A stretch of 64,000 nucleotides of DNA, taken from NCBI RefSeq assembly GCF_006345805.1, contig NC_042997.1:168702001-168766000 (forward strand). The letters are read 5' to 3'. The position numbers and the translations under genes are program-made. The stretch's first letter is position 1, and every line of letters begins with the position of its first letter. A model generated the notes under the pieces. The model searched no databases, was not told the DNA's origin, and saw only the letters and a list, made by a program, of their open reading frames with translations. Source of the stretch: Octopus sinensis. Its lineage: Eukaryota. Positions 1 through 14,085 of the stretch are shown here, piece after piece.

Positions 1-309
1 TGTAAGCCTAGTACTTATTCTATCGGAATCTCTTGCCGAACCGCTAGGTGACGGGGACGTAAACACACCAGCATCGGTTGCCAAGCGATGTTGTGGGGGA
101 CAAACACAGACACACAAACACACACATATATATATACATATACACATATACGACGGGCTTCTTTCAGTTTCCGTCTACCAAATCCACTCACAAGGCTTTG
201 GTCGGCCTGAGGCTATAGTAGAAGACACTTGCCCAAGGTGCCACGTAGTGTGACTGAACCCGGAACCATGTTGTTGGTAAGCAAGCTATTTTACCACACA
301 GCCACTCTT
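1..309 (-). mobile_element. tRNA-derived CORE-type SINE (family A), cut by the window edge
   Basis: Reverse strand has A/B-box-like head (TGGCTGTGTGG ... GGTTCAGTC) and GGCACCTTGGGCAAGTGTCTT core; many copies in the window; probably one of the described octopus OR-type SINEs (from memory). Confidence 0.85.
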
Positions 310-671
310 TAGCTTAGTAGATAAATATTTTCCCCGTATGAGTAGGTTCAGTAACATTTTTAATAGTTACTCCTTAAGAGTCTCCTTTAATTGTGCACCT
401 AGTGCCAAAAAAGAGAAGATATTAGCAGGTCGGTCCACACCTGAAACAAAAGCAGGATGCTCATGTATTGGTAGCACCATATGTCTCCTTAATGCCACTG
501 TAACATGGATAAGTCCTATATGATGCAGAAATGAAAGTATGTGGAAGCGACAGAGAATCAGAATCAATAAACATAACTCCTTCGGTATTCTGGGGGAGAC
601 GAAATATCATGGTCCTGGACAAACACTTATGGCCGTTAAAGGAAAGTGGAGTACAGCATAAAGTGGGAAAT

Positions 672-821
672 CTTCTTTCAGTTTCCGTCTACCAAATCCA
701 CTCACAAGGCTTTGGCCGGCCCGAGGCTATAGTAGAAGACACTTGCCCAAGGTGCCACACAGTGGAACTGAACCCGGAACCATATGGTTCGTAAGCAAGC
801 TATTTACCACACAGCCACTCC
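672..821 (-). mobile_element. SINE family A, head only
   Basis: Near-identical to 158-309. Confidence 0.8.
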
Positions 822-2012
822 GTTTTTTTTTTTTTAAATACAATTCAAGGCTTTAGAAACTCTCTACTAGTTATGGACAACCTTTATCTAGAAGCGGGGT
901 GCATGAGACATGGCTCATCATCAGACGAGCTGAATTACAGGTAATTTTTCATTTAGGATTGCCGGGACAGCAGTTTGCCTATGATCTACACTAGTGCTGA
1001 AGCGGCTCGAAAAATGTTAGTTATATTTTGTTATACACAAGAATGGCTGATAAAACAAAATAAACAAGTCTTTCTTCAAACATTTTTTTTTTCTTCTGAA
1101 TTTTTAACTTCGAATCATAATTTGTCTTTCTTAAAATTTTCAGGCAAAGTACGCCAAACTAATTTGTTTTTTATGTGCACCAGTAATTTAATCTTTAATG
1201 TCCTTGCCCCACGAAGTAAAAAGGAGAAGAAAAAAGAAAAAGAGAGAGAGAATTATAGATCTAACATATCAAATTATGGAGAAAACATGTAAAGTAATTT
1301 GATAATACGATAGCAATGAATAATTGAATAAAAATGACACCTTCACTCACTCTCCTTCCTTACCGTACAGAAGTGCGGGTGCCGAGATCTGTGAACACGG
1401 TTACATTCAACCTGACGTCATATTACCTTACTTCACTCTTTATAAATCCACCTGACAGTCACTCCCATCTAATTTTCAATAGTCCCATCAGAAAAATAAA
1501 CCACACTTGCTGTATAGAGTATTATAAACTAGTCTATAATACGCGTTTTACGAGAGCTGAATAAATCAAGCATGAATAATTATAAATATAATGATAAAAC
1601 AAGTAAATTTTTATTATCAGAAAGCTGACAAAAGATATCTAATAATAAGTGTCTCCTTTAAATCTCACTAACCATATTTAAAAAAAAAAAATGGAAATTG
1701 ATATGTAGGCGTTCGCCGTACCCGACATACTCCATCCCCACTTTTGTTTCTGCACCTGTTGGGTTTTGGGACACATGGTTCAAGTCGTTATTAAAAAGAT
1801 TTACACAGCATATTATCACGTCATACAAAACAAAGGAAAATATATACTAATAGGGACATGAGTTTTAGCCTATGAGAAAAATAAACAGGAAAATATCGAT
1901 GTTCGCAAGTCTGAAAACTTTAAAATATTGTAAATAATATACTTGCATTTCAGATAATAACAGGTGTTGTTGTTGGGTCAGCCAAAATCGAACAGATTTA
2001 TAAAGAAAAGAA

Positions 2013-2458
2013 GGATCTTTTCAGTTTGAACGGCAGTTTTTTCTAGCGGTGTCATATGAAATTGTCACCCATAATTATGACCCTAGTATTGATCTATTGC
2101 ATTTCAATCTGTTTTAGGTTTAGGGTTGGTTAGGGTTAGGGTTAGGGGTGGGGGAAGGGTATCTTTTTTCTTCACAAATGTAAATAAACCCAATCTGTTT
2201 CTTAAACGAGGGACATATTCATACGGCACAGAATGTTTTTTTTTTTACCTCAATAGACGTCATCGATTGGTTGAAATTGCAGAAATTGAAGAAAAACAAC
2301 AACAAATATCTTACAAACTATAGAATTTTCTCAATAAAGCCAACAGAAAAAGATGTTTTATAAACACACTCTACCAGTTTAAAATTATACGAAGTTTAAA
2401 ATTTTTTTTAGTTACATAGAAATTATTTTAAAAACTGCCGTTCAAACCGAAAAGATCC
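2013..2458. mobile_element. MITE with 28-bp TIRs and internal TTAGGG repeats
   Basis: TIR GGATCTTTTC(A/G)GTTTGAACGGCAGTTTT, 27/28 match; flanks gaaaagaa / gaaaagag (7/8, probable 8-bp TSD). Confidence 0.85.
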
Positions 2459-2687
2459 GAAAAGAGTCAGCGCTAACATCATCCTCTCTTTCTCATTGGT
2501 GTAGTTACAGTCTGTTCCTCCGGGAGCAGCTTTTGAGTTTGCTGTCCCCAGCTTTGGACCACAAGCCTATACAGGCTTATACAGCAAGCCAAAAAATATT
2601 GCCTCCATAAAAGTATTGCCCGGGCCGAACTGCCCCTTTCGCCTCAACCTCTAGCAATACGACTACTCTTTTTGTATATATTTATAT

Positions 2688-2901
2688 TTCTTTACTACCC
2701 ATTAGGGGTTAAACACAGAGGGGACAAACGGATTAAGTCGATTACATCGACCCCAGTGCGTAGCTGGTACTTAATTTATCGACCCCGAAACGATGAAAGG
2801 CAAAGTCGACCTCGGCGGAATTTGAACTCAGAACGTAACGGCAGACGAAATACGGCTACGCATTTCGCCCGGCGTGCTAACGTTTCTGCCAGCTCGCCGC
2901 C
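2688..2901 (-). mobile_element. tRNA-derived SINE family C
   Basis: Head GGCGGCGAGCTGGCAGAAACGTTAG ... GAGTTCAAATTCC, central GCCTTTCATC...GGGGTCGATAAATTAAGTACCAG; multicopy. Confidence 0.85.
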
Positions 2902-3279
2902 GTCTACTCTTTTTGTATATCTAGAACTACATTAACAAACACCTCCCTCCTTTTACAAGACAGTGATTAGAGGGAAATTTGACTGTTTTTTCTAGTAGGT
3001 TGAGCGATCACATAGAATTGAGTACAGATGGTATACATGATATAATGTTTCTTAGAGATGATTTTCATAATATGGGAGCTATTCCCACAGAAGCCTGGTC
3101 GTATGGTTAAGATGTTCATTCCTCTTGAAACTACACGATTTTTTAGTTCAATCCCACAGCGCAGCGTCTTCTACCATAGCGTCAGATTGACTCAAAATTT
3201 GTAAGTGAAACGACAGTCTTAACCACTTAAGAGCGCTGACTACTAACCCCAAAATTCCGAGTTCGATTCCAAGCAGTGA

Positions 3280-3325
<46 letters not shown>

Positions 3326-3326
<1 letters not shown>

Positions 3327-3868
3327 CCCTGATGCAGTACCAGGCAGTGGCTCTCATGGCTTCTGATCTTAACTGACTGGAAGTGTTATCATGTACATTG
3401 TTTTGTCTTGGTATAAAAGATGGGCTACAGCAAATATTCTGCTCAATACCACAGATTTGCTTGACCTTAACCAGTTGAGCATGTCCCTTAGTGGCTGGCG
3501 GTATGTGCATCTCGGATCACGAGCAGAAGTAGTGGGGGAGCATCATAGCCATGTGTTGAGAGGGATTCTTTGGGGTTTGAATGATTCACCTCTGGAAACA
3601 TGGGTGTTTCATTCAACATCCTTAAACAACCCTTATTCAGGGACCTTTTGAGCAGGATGGGTTACTCGACCAGAAGAAAATTCTAAGTGGGCCCCACCTG
3701 CAAGGTCATGTGCTGTTTATCTTGATATGAGATCACCATGTCGCGCACATATGGTTGCGATGCATGTGCCTAGTGTACCCTTATCAGACGGGTAGTCATA
3801 ATGGGTATACTGGGCTTCGTATATTTTACCCCAGTGTCACTTTGATGGCATGCACTGCTCTCTCACTC
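3326..3868. mobile_element. 543-bp interspersed repeat (family D) embedded in (AAT)n
   Basis: Same ends as the copy at 12644-13186; partial copy at 24056-24491. Confidence 0.8.
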
Positions 3869-4407
3869 AATAATAATAACATCGAAAAATACCTTAGGAA
3901 TGAGAACCCAGGTTCGAAATTTCCCCCAAGACACTTGATGAAGGCTGGAGCGTATATCAGCCGAAACGTTGAGTTAACAACAAACAAGATGAGGGCAAAT
4001 ATCCGTTGAATGTAAATAATGAATGTTTTTTTTCTTTTATTTACATTTATTCTTTTATCACTATTAATAAAGGGCAAAGTTGATCTCGGTAGGATTGAAA
4101 ACCAGGGCATAAGTTGGAATAAATACCACAAAGAAATGCGTCTAATGATATAGCAACTCAGCCCGTTAATCAGATTAATCAACTTACTCACTTATACGCA
4201 TTTGTGATAAAACAATAAAGGAAACAAAGAAACAGAATGTCACCTAAATTCATATTTGATATTTCAGCACTTCTGAGATCAAAGCAAGGATTAAAAAAAG
4301 AAAGAAAAAAATTTAAAACGCTCGTTGTGCAACCACGTAGTCTTGAGTTCAATCCCACGGCACGGTACTTTGGTTGTTTTCTACTATAGGAGACGTAGAC
4401 TGTGAGG

Positions 4408-4414
4408 AAGCCTG

Positions 4415-4468
<54 letters not shown>
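4408..4468. repeat. (TA)n microsatellite
   Basis: Direct reading. Confidence 0.95.
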
Positions 4469-4471
<3 letters not shown>

Positions 4472-4929
4472 TAAAAAAATGGAGTTAACGCAGGTGTAAT
4501 CAAATATTTTTACTTTCGACACATGTTTCGAAAATTCCACTGATACTATTCAAAAGAATAAATGGTATAAACAATGCAATCTTCTCCTCAGGAAAGTGAA
4601 AAAAACGAAACTCGCCAATAAGACATTTTAGCAAAAAATGATGGATTTGTATAGCGATAGACAGAACGCTATTAATATTGTTTAAAAAAACGTTATATGA
4701 TATAACGTCATAAGTAGCTAACTCCATTTTTTTATTCATATTATTCAAAATATTCAACGTAAACACGAAGTTTCTACCTTTATAAACAAGGAGTTACAAC
4801 ACCTTTACTTGTGAGATTTTTGCTGCCCTGGTAACTATTTATTTATTTTTCCGTGTTAATTGTTAACAAGGTAAAAATACACTCATCTATATATATATTA
4901 TATATATATATGTGTGTGTGTGTGGTGTG

Positions 4930-4960
<31 letters not shown>

Positions 4961-4989
4961 TGTGTGTATATATATATATATATTACAGT

Positions 4990-6853
4990 TATGTTGAAAC
5001 AGGTGATACAGGAAAGTGTAGCATTGATGACAAAGCATTTGTGGAGTAAATTTTAAAGCTTCGCATAAGCGATAATTTGAGTTTAGCACACCAATTTGGA
5101 CAGAATTACCATTTTTATCTGAAAGCAGCTCCAGGTGTTGTGAAGAACGAATTTGTCTGGCGAGCTAAACGTTGTTTTATTGATTCAGCATTAAGTGCTG
5201 CATTATGCCTTTGCTGATGTTGAGAAAGTCTCCTCTGCCTTCTCTCTTGAGACTGTATTTGACGTACTGCTGCATGCGCTTGGTGATCTTTGGAAAGTGT
5301 CATGTCCGTTCTGTATTGAAACTCCATCTGACGTACTGCAGAATGCCTTTGTTGATGTTGAGAAAGTCTCATGTCCCTTATCTCTTGAGATTCTTACCTT
5401 CGGTTTTCTGCACTCCTCCTTGATTTATAGGTGTTTCTGGAAAGATTACATTTTTTCTTTGGTGGCATATTTTTTTCAATATTTTAAACCAAAAATTATG
5501 AACATAGAAAAAATATACATTAATCTCCATTTTTGTAAGCAATTCTATGTATGTAGGGTATCCCTATTTTGTATATAATGTAAATTAACCAAATACAAAC
5601 AAATTGTAAATATCTTGCAACTGCTGCAATAATTATGAACTGTTAATTGAATGGTAGATGTGTATTTTTATATAACTTGGAGCCTTCCATGTAATTGTTT
5701 TTTGTCAAGAGTTTCACCTCCAGCCGTTCTCATCACATATATATATTTATGTGTAAATGTGTGTGTTTAAATAACGTATGTAATAGGCGCGCAAACACAA
5801 ACACACTCACAGACACATACACATTCATATACAAATTGTGACGATACGCACACATACAAATAGTAAGATAGACACAAAGCGACATACATTCACGCACGTC
5901 AGTCATCATATGTGTAGATGAGTATGTTTAATAACATACCTAATGCGGAAACACACATAGTTAGAGACATACACACTCATATATGTGACATCATCGGCGT
6001 CGTGGTATAAAAAGTCCTTTACTATCTCGTATGTATCGAACACGCAAACACACACACACAAAAGTGAAAGAATAAAGTGAAACAATATTATATTCTTATC
6101 ATATTAGAATTAAAAGAATAAAAGTGAAACAATATTACATCATACAAAGAAGTCAATTTGTTGACAGAAATTACAAACCCCATTTCAGCGTATAAAGCTC
6201 TAGAAGAAAATAGCTTCAGCCACTTTAAGATATCTTTTTCTAACGCATGAACGCTCAGTGGTGTGGTTGAATTCTCATTTGTTAGTAATGAAGGCTTATC
6301 GGCTGTATCACAACGGTTTTCGATAGAGGGAGTAATGTAAATAGTGTATCTAAGTAGACGGAGAGCAAAAAAATTTTAATAAATAATGTTGTAGGAAGAA
6401 CGTACAAATAGCGTGAAGACAAAGGTATTTAGGCACGACAAAATTGAAATACACTGCAGTCAATTTTCAGAGTGAGAGAGAGAGAGAGAGAAAAACTTAA
6501 AGTGAGGAACTATTACAGAAGGTGAGAGAGAATATATGTAAGCAAGAGAAACAGAGGGTGAGAAAAAGAAAGAGAAGATAGAAATAAGCAGAGAGAGAAT
6601 TGCTCGAAAACTACAGAAGTAATATGGGAGAGAATCGGTTGAAAACTGCAGTTTTTAGAGAAAAACCGTGTGAAACACCTTTCTCTCTGGTTGGTTTCTC
6701 GCATTACGCAGGAGCTCTGGGCAAAATGTTATAGTGCATGACCATCCTTGGCACATAAGTAATGTGTATGTAAAGTTTGATGAAAATCGGTTGAAAACTG
6801 TAGAAATGCATACATACTACACACAAAGGCATCTTTGTTATATATATATATAG
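4990..6853 (-). mobile_element. Helitron remnant with N-terminal Rep region
   Basis: Minus strand starts CTATATATATATATAAC; 5400-5030 reads RLSQHQQRH repeats, AAFR, then VQIGVLNSNYRLCEALKF, resembling the IGxM..C..C.ALKF motif of Helitron Rep N-termini. 3' end not defined. Confidence 0.65.
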
Positions 6854-7879
6854 TGTATTGTTGTGTGATGGTATGATCAACAAAAAAGCACTCCATCTGG
6901 TGAGAGATAAATATTATTTAGTAGATACAATGTTTTTGTGTGCTACTATTAGTTTCATGTGAGTGTTTTATAACACGTCTGTTATCCCAACACAATTATC
7001 AGACGCTGCCCACATGGCATGCCGAATTCGTTATGCCATGGTTGTGCTGGGATACCAAACGTGTTATAAAACAGTTTGGCTTGTTCCCAGCACATGAAGC
7101 TAATAGCACACAAAAACATATTTTGCTTATTAATATACAAATGTGTTTGTGTGTGCAAGCATGCGTTTTCTCTGTGCTTGTGTTTCCGTTCCATTCATGC
7201 TTGATAACATGGTATTGGTTTATGTCCTCGTAATTTAGTGGATAGGCAATAGAGACTGGTAGAATACGTACCAGACTTAATAAAATAAGTACTGGGATCG
7301 ATTTGTTTGACTAAAACCCTCCAAGTATGGTTGCAGTCAAATGACTGAAACAAGTAAAATGTTTAAAAAAAAAGTGGATCTTTCTTTTCACGTTTCTCTC
7401 TCTAGTTTCAGCTCAGAGCAGCGGCCATGCTGATGCACCACCGTTTTACTAACGTTGTTAGTAAAAACAAAATTAAGATTTCTGGTAGTTTATAAAAGCT
7501 TAAAATTTATGATTCAGTGAATCTGTAATATAAATCTGAAACACAAACAGGAGCATTACAAATTTTTTTTCAGTTTTTAAATTGTTTTCTCTTGATGGAA
7601 CAAGTTGACTGAACCTACAATGTTCTACCTCTCCAAACGTCTTGATCCTGTGTTATCTCATCTTTGAACCCCACTTTTTTCACAGCTATTTACAAACATC
7701 TCAACAGAAAGATACTCCCAATGCCTGTCTAAAGAGTACATCATTTACTGGCTCATATTTCACTGAGTATCATCTATAAAGCACAATAAATAGATATAAA
7801 TGCATTCATCTTTTTCGTATATACCTCCTATGATTCTGATGCCAAGCCTCTTCAATGTCTAATGAAGCCAATAAGCAGA

Positions 7880-8080
7880 ACCTCTATATGATCGCTTGAC
7901 CTGTTGGAAATAGCAACCAAATTTACATCAAATCACACTTGACCATCTTAAAAATAGAAGTATACATTGGATAATGAAGTTCTTGATACACTGTATCTGA
8001 ATAAAAAACAGGATGATTGCTACTAGAAAACCGTTTTTGATAACAGGTCTGCTGGATCAGGGTTAACATTAATAACAATG
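7880..8080 (+). mobile_element. Short interspersed repeat family F (copies also at ~10030, ~10395, ~11880 minus, ~14760, ~16670, ~21240, ~43285 minus)
   Basis: Shared motifs ctagaaatagcagccaaat...aaatcacac...gatgggatggtca...gatcagggc...aaacaacaac; degenerate. Confidence 0.65.
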
Positions 8081-8253
8081 AACTTGTTCTCTGCTGTTTG
8101 TACGACTTCAAGAACTCAATGGGGTTTTTCTTCTTCAAATACAATGAACCAAATATGAAACAAAGCAAACAGAATCCCAGAACTTGTAGAGTCAAAACCT
8201 TCCCCCACCAATGTATAAGGAGATAGGGGTCAGTAAGTGATGCAGTATATATA

Positions 8254-8716
8254 CCGTAAATCCTCGAGTATAATACGTAGGGGATTTTTAGGGGGCTGTA
8301 CTCTGAAAAACCTAAACCTTGTGTATAATATGCACCCCTTCTCTAACTTTAGTCAAGGGGGTCTATATAACGTCCTTGGTTTGTAAAAATGTATACGGTA
8401 ACATCCTTTATTATTATTGTATATATAACATAATGCAAACCTGTGGCTTTTTTCTGTATTTTGTTTGCAGAAAATAAAGAAATAACAGTAATAACGTTTA
8501 ATAAATGTTGCTAACTGCAAGTTATGGATGATTTAAGGTATTTTTTGTGTCTGACATCACAAAATGTGTCTGAATAAATATTGCCGGACAACAAATAGAG
8601 ACACGGACATTGCTTAGAAAATAATTTTCATTTTTAACCTCGTATATAGTACGCACTAGGGATTTTGACCTTTAAATTTGGGGGGAAAAGTGCGGATTAT
8701 ACTCAAGGATTTACGG
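8254..8716. mobile_element. Tc1/mariner-pogo type MITE
   Basis: TIR CCGTAAATCCT(C/T)GAGTATAAT, 20/21 match, flanked by TA on both sides. Confidence 0.88.
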
Positions 8717-11700
8717 TACACATATAACCTCTCTCTATTCATTAATTTTTCCATTTCAAGACGAAAAGTCATGTTGCAGTTAAAACTTCATTTTATATGA
8801 CTAAGTTATCTAGATCATCCCAGACTAAAATCTGCATAGAGAGCCTGTTATGCAAACCTGAATGGATTTCAAAACACAATTCTTAATACTGATGATACAC
8901 TTTTACTGAACAGTGGCTTTCTTGACATCAGCAAACGAATGCAATTAGTGCGCAGATAATCTGTCAGGCAGATCCCAATTGACCAAATATGAGGTGGTTC
9001 ACCACAGCAAAATACATTTCTTCCTGGTGCATTACATTTTGTGCGATGAGTCCAAAATACTTCAAGTAAAGACAGTGTGGATCTGATCATCACATTCAAT
9101 CACAACCTAAAACAATTCACACAGAAGCTTTTCAAAAGTACAAAACACTCCTGAATTAATTATTTCTTTATTGCATTTATTTATTTATTCATTATGTTTT
9201 TTTCTTCTTTTCTCTTTTTTACAAACATTTTCAATAATTTTATTCTTGGGCTGCTTTTGTTTTTTGTTGTTTTTTTTATGTACAAAACTTAGTAGGAACA
9301 AACAAAATTATCTTCATTATAAAACACAACAAATGAATAACATTGCATAAAACAGATAATTCCCCACATTTTGTGTGAAATGATCAACATGTTCATATAT
9401 ACATATGTATACCATACACACACACACATAGATGCATGCATAGACACAAACACACACATCATATGTGCCTTATGCACACACACACACATACATGCATGCA
9501 CAACTGCACAAAAAATGTTCACAAATAACCAAACAGGAAAAGGACATTTCTGCGTTGCATGTTATGCACATTAATGCACATTTTTCATGCATACAAAAGT
9601 TAAATTTTATAAAATGTTTTCAATTTTTTTATTTCCTTTTGGAAAAAGAAATTAATTCATAAATAAATCTTTTGCTTTGTTTTATTTTTTTGTTTTAAAT
9701 TAAATGGCATTTAAAGAAAAAAAGACACATCTAGATCAATGATAAATAATTGCTATGGAAACTTCCACATCATCACAGTCATATTTATTAACATCAGCAG
9801 CAGCAGCGACAAATGAGACATTATCAGCAATAAAATTCACTATTATCATTGTTTCTATTGTCCTGTAAACTTATCTTTCCTTCTCACATTGACATTGTTG
9901 CTTTCAGTGTCATCAAACCTTATTATATTTCATATCTTTGTCGTCAACATTATAGCCATAAGGATCAAGATAAATGATATTCATAGTGAAGGAAAAGAGA
10001 AGTGTGACAAACAGTCATATATGAACCAACAAGACAGCCTCTATATGGTCTCTTGACTTGCTAGAAATAGCAGCAACCAAATCCCTTTATGAAAGTGCTA
10101 TCTACTTACTGTCTCAAACAGAGTAAGGACATATAGAAAAATGTAGACTTTATCCATAACACAAAAAGATGGTCATTGCTGGAATGTCTTTGATCATAAG
10201 TCTGCTCAGTCAGAGTTCACTTATGACTAAACAATGACCATAAATCATCACCATTTGTGACTAATTAATATTGTTAAAGGTAAAAATAAATCAAATCGAA
10301 GTAATCCACGGTAAATCTCTCAACAACCAATCTTTGCCTGAATATAATTGATGTCTTATATGATATTTAAACATTAATGTCTTCCAGCCAGTGAGTGAGC
10401 TTGTATGTGGCCAGTCAACCTGTTAGAAATAACAGACAAATGTTTCTCAAATCACACTGTTATCTTTAAAAAAGTAGGAAATAAAATATGCCTAAATGTC
10501 TTTGATCAAGCATCAACTTTATCAGAGCTGACTTGGGGCTAATCAACAACAACAATACCAACACTAAATGCCTTTAGAATTATATTTTACAAAATTTAAA
10601 TTAAGAAGTAAAATTTAGCATGCCTAATTTTCTCTCTAATAATTTCAAAAACTAAGTTAATCTGTTGACTGTCATAACTTTTCGGGAATGTAATCACATA
10701 TATACATACATATACATATATATATATACACACAAATACACACACACACACACACACATATATATAGAGAGAGAGAGGGGAGAGAGATAAAAATCACACA
10801 ATTAACACAATACATGAGACAAGAGGACACAAACAAACAGTACATGGGGACAGGCATAAGGAAGCTAGTGACTAAAATAAAGTGTAGAAATATAAAATGA
10901 AAAAAATAACAATCAAAGAAGTGCATAATGCAGACAAATATGCCAAAGGAAGAAACAGAATGAAGAGAGGCAAGAAAAAGAGAAAAATATGCAATAGCTA
11001 ATTTGACATCTGTTTACATGATAGGTCTCAGGAAGAATATATATATATATATATAATATCAAGACAAAAATTATCATAAAGAAATGGCTGAATATAAACT
11101 AATGAGGGGACAAAAACTGAGAAGTTTTAATTAAATGGTTCCTCCAGGAGAGATTACAACGTTGGAATAGAAGACAATGTAGGCTGGACAAAGAGAAGTC
11201 AACATTTTGCCATCAAGAGTCTGGTAGCAAAGTAAAGCAGGAAAGATTTGACATTCTTAAGTTGACTAGGTAAATGAACTTTAAAGACAATTGAGTAGAA
11301 AATAAATTATTGATTTGACAAAAGATGAGATCTTTATGGAACAGCTATTCTGTTGTTAGGTGAACAGAAAGAAAATAATAGAAAGCTATCATAAAATAAC
11401 ACTGAGAAGAAAGAAAAAGAAGCATCTTGGAATAAAAGTAAAAATCTTCTTTATGGATGGAATACATGACAACAAAAGCAAATCTAATTTGAACCAAGAT
11501 AGGTGAAAACATGAAAGAAAAAGAACAGTAAACTGGAAATGCGAAAGAGATGTGAAAAAAATATTTTTAAATTAGAATAAAGCAAATAGAAATTAAGATT
11601 GATTCTATAATCAGATTTTATCTCTAAAGCCTTTTCAGTTTGGAAGCAAGAAAATAAATTTAACACATTGATATGATAATGCAGATATAAATATTTACGT

Positions 11701-11731
11701 GTGAGTTTGTATGTGTATATGTATGTGTAAG

Positions 11732-11779
<48 letters not shown>

Positions 11780-12537
11780 TACATACTATTGCACTGATGT
11801 TTATCACGTCATTGATTAATAAGATTAAATCATTATTAATACATTAAAATAAATAACTTAAAATATTTATTAATTTATATTTAGTTGTTGTTTAGCCCCT
11901 GGTCAGTCCTGATCAAGCAGAACTGATAATCAAAGGCATTCCAGTCATGACCACCCTGTTTTTTTATTATTTTTTGTGTGCAGGAGCAGGGTTCCAGGAT
12001 CATATCCACTATATCCTGTTCTAAGATGGCAGGGTGAGATCTGAGGGAGATTTGGCTGCTATTTCTAGCTGGTTGAGCTACAAGTCAGAAGAAGGGTTGA
12101 GACATCTCATATTCCAACAAAAACAAATCCTCAAAAAGACTAAACATTTGGTTTTATCTTAATACCCATCTACAGTTAAACAAGGTCTGGCAACTAAGGC
12201 TTCTCTCCAGAATGTGGAACAGACAAATCCAGAGACTTAACCTTCGGTGTGGCTTTTAATATTAGCATTTGCCCACAAATTTTGGGAGAGATGGTAAAGT
12301 CAATTTATCATGCTAAGTATTTGGCTGGTGTATGTTTTATCAATCTTGAAAAGATAAAAAAAACAATACTGACCTCAGCAAGGTTTGAACTTAGTACATA
12401 GCCAGAGATGTTACAAAGGGTTACTAAATACTTTAAGACATTGTATCTAGCATTCTATTATTCGTGCATTCACCATCTTCAGTGATAGTATTTACAATAA
12501 TCTATTCTTATAACATAAAGATCTAAGCTAGAAAGCC

Positions 12538-12593
<56 letters not shown>

Positions 12594-12643
12594 TAATAAT
12601 AATAATAGTAACAATAATAATAATAATAAATAAAATAATAAAT

Positions 12644-13186
12644 GCCCTGATGCAGTACCAGGCAGTGGCTCTCATGGCTACTGATCTTAACTGATTGGAA
12701 GTGTTATCATCTACATGTTTTGTCTTGGTATAAAAGATGGGCTACAACAAATATTCTGCTCAATACCACAGATTTGCTTGTCAGTTGTTTGACCGTAACC
12801 AGTTAAGCATGACCCTTGGTGGCTGATGATATGTGCATCTCTGATCACAAGCAGGAATAGTGGGGAAGCATCACAGCCATGTGTTTAGAGGAATTCTTTG
12901 AGGCTTGAATTATTCACCTCTGGAAACAAGAGTGTTTCATCCATCATCCTTAAACAACCCTTCTTTAGGGATCTTTTGAGTGGGATAGGCTACTCAACCT
13001 GAAGAAAATTCTAACAGGGCTTCACCTGTAAGGTCATGTGCTGTTTAATCTTGATAAAAAGTCACCATGTCGTACACACATGGTTGTGAGGCATATGCCT
13101 GGTGTACCCTTATAAGACAGGTATATAGAGCTTCATATATTTGTACCCCAGGGTCACTTTGATGGCATTGCATTGCTTTCTCACTC
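12644..13186. mobile_element. Family D repeat, second full copy
   Basis: Colinear with 3326-3868; (AAT)n on both sides. Confidence 0.8.
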
Positions 13187-13649
13187 AGTAATAATAACAA
13201 TTCTTTCTAATTTTGGCACCTAGCAGTTGACTAGTACTTTTTTATTTTATTAATTACCAGAGGGATGAATGGTAAAACTGACTTCAGTGAGATTTGAACT
13301 AACCACGTAAAGAGCTGGAAGAAAAGCTGCTATGCACTTTGTCCAACATACTAACAATTCTGTCAGCTTGCCACCCTAATAATAATAATAATAGTCCTTT
13401 CTACTATAGGTACAAGGACTGAAATTTGTTGGGAGGGGACTAGTCAATTACATCAACCCCAGTGCTTCACTGGTACTTAATTTGTTGACCCTGAAAGGAT
13501 GAAAGACAAAGTTGAACTCAGTGGAATTTGAACTGAGAATGTAAAGAATTTGAACTCAGAACATAGCGATGGGCAAAATATCACTAAACATTTCTTCCAG
13601 TGGGCTAACAATTCTGCCAGCTCACTACCTTCCTAATAATAATAATATT

Positions 13650-14085
13650 CTTTACTCTTTTACTCGTTTCAGTCATTTGACTGTGGCCATGCTGGAGCAC
13701 CGCCTTTAGTTGAGTAAATTGACCCCAGGACTTATTCTTTGTAAGCCTAGTACTTATTCTATTGGTCTCTTTTGCCGAACCACTAAGTTACGGGGACATA
13801 AACACATCAGCATTGGTTGTCAAGCGATGTTGTGGGGACAAACACAGACACACAAACATATACACAGACACATACATATATATACATATATACGACAGGC
13901 TTCTTTCAGTTTCCGTCTACCAAATCCACTCACAAGGCTTTGGTCAGCCCAAGGCTATAGTAGAAGACACTTGCCCAAGGTGCCACGCAGTGGGACTGAA
14001 CCTGGAACCATGTGGTTCGTAAGCAAGCTACTTACCACACAGCCACTCCTACGCCAATTACTTACCACACAGCCACTCCTACGCC
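13650..14085 (-). mobile_element. SINE family A, full length, head end duplicated
   Basis: Full body; cttaccacacagccactcctacgcc occurs twice at 14031-14085. Confidence 0.85.

Noticed and set aside
1413-1420. Perfect CRE site TGACGTCA as a promoter
   Set aside because: A single 8-mer with no supporting first exon; expected by chance.
8869-9099. 76-aa ORF (LLEVFWTHRTKC...) or the KYFGLIAQ frame as a third module exon
   Set aside because: No suitable acceptor in that phase, no U12 branch site and no recognisable homology.
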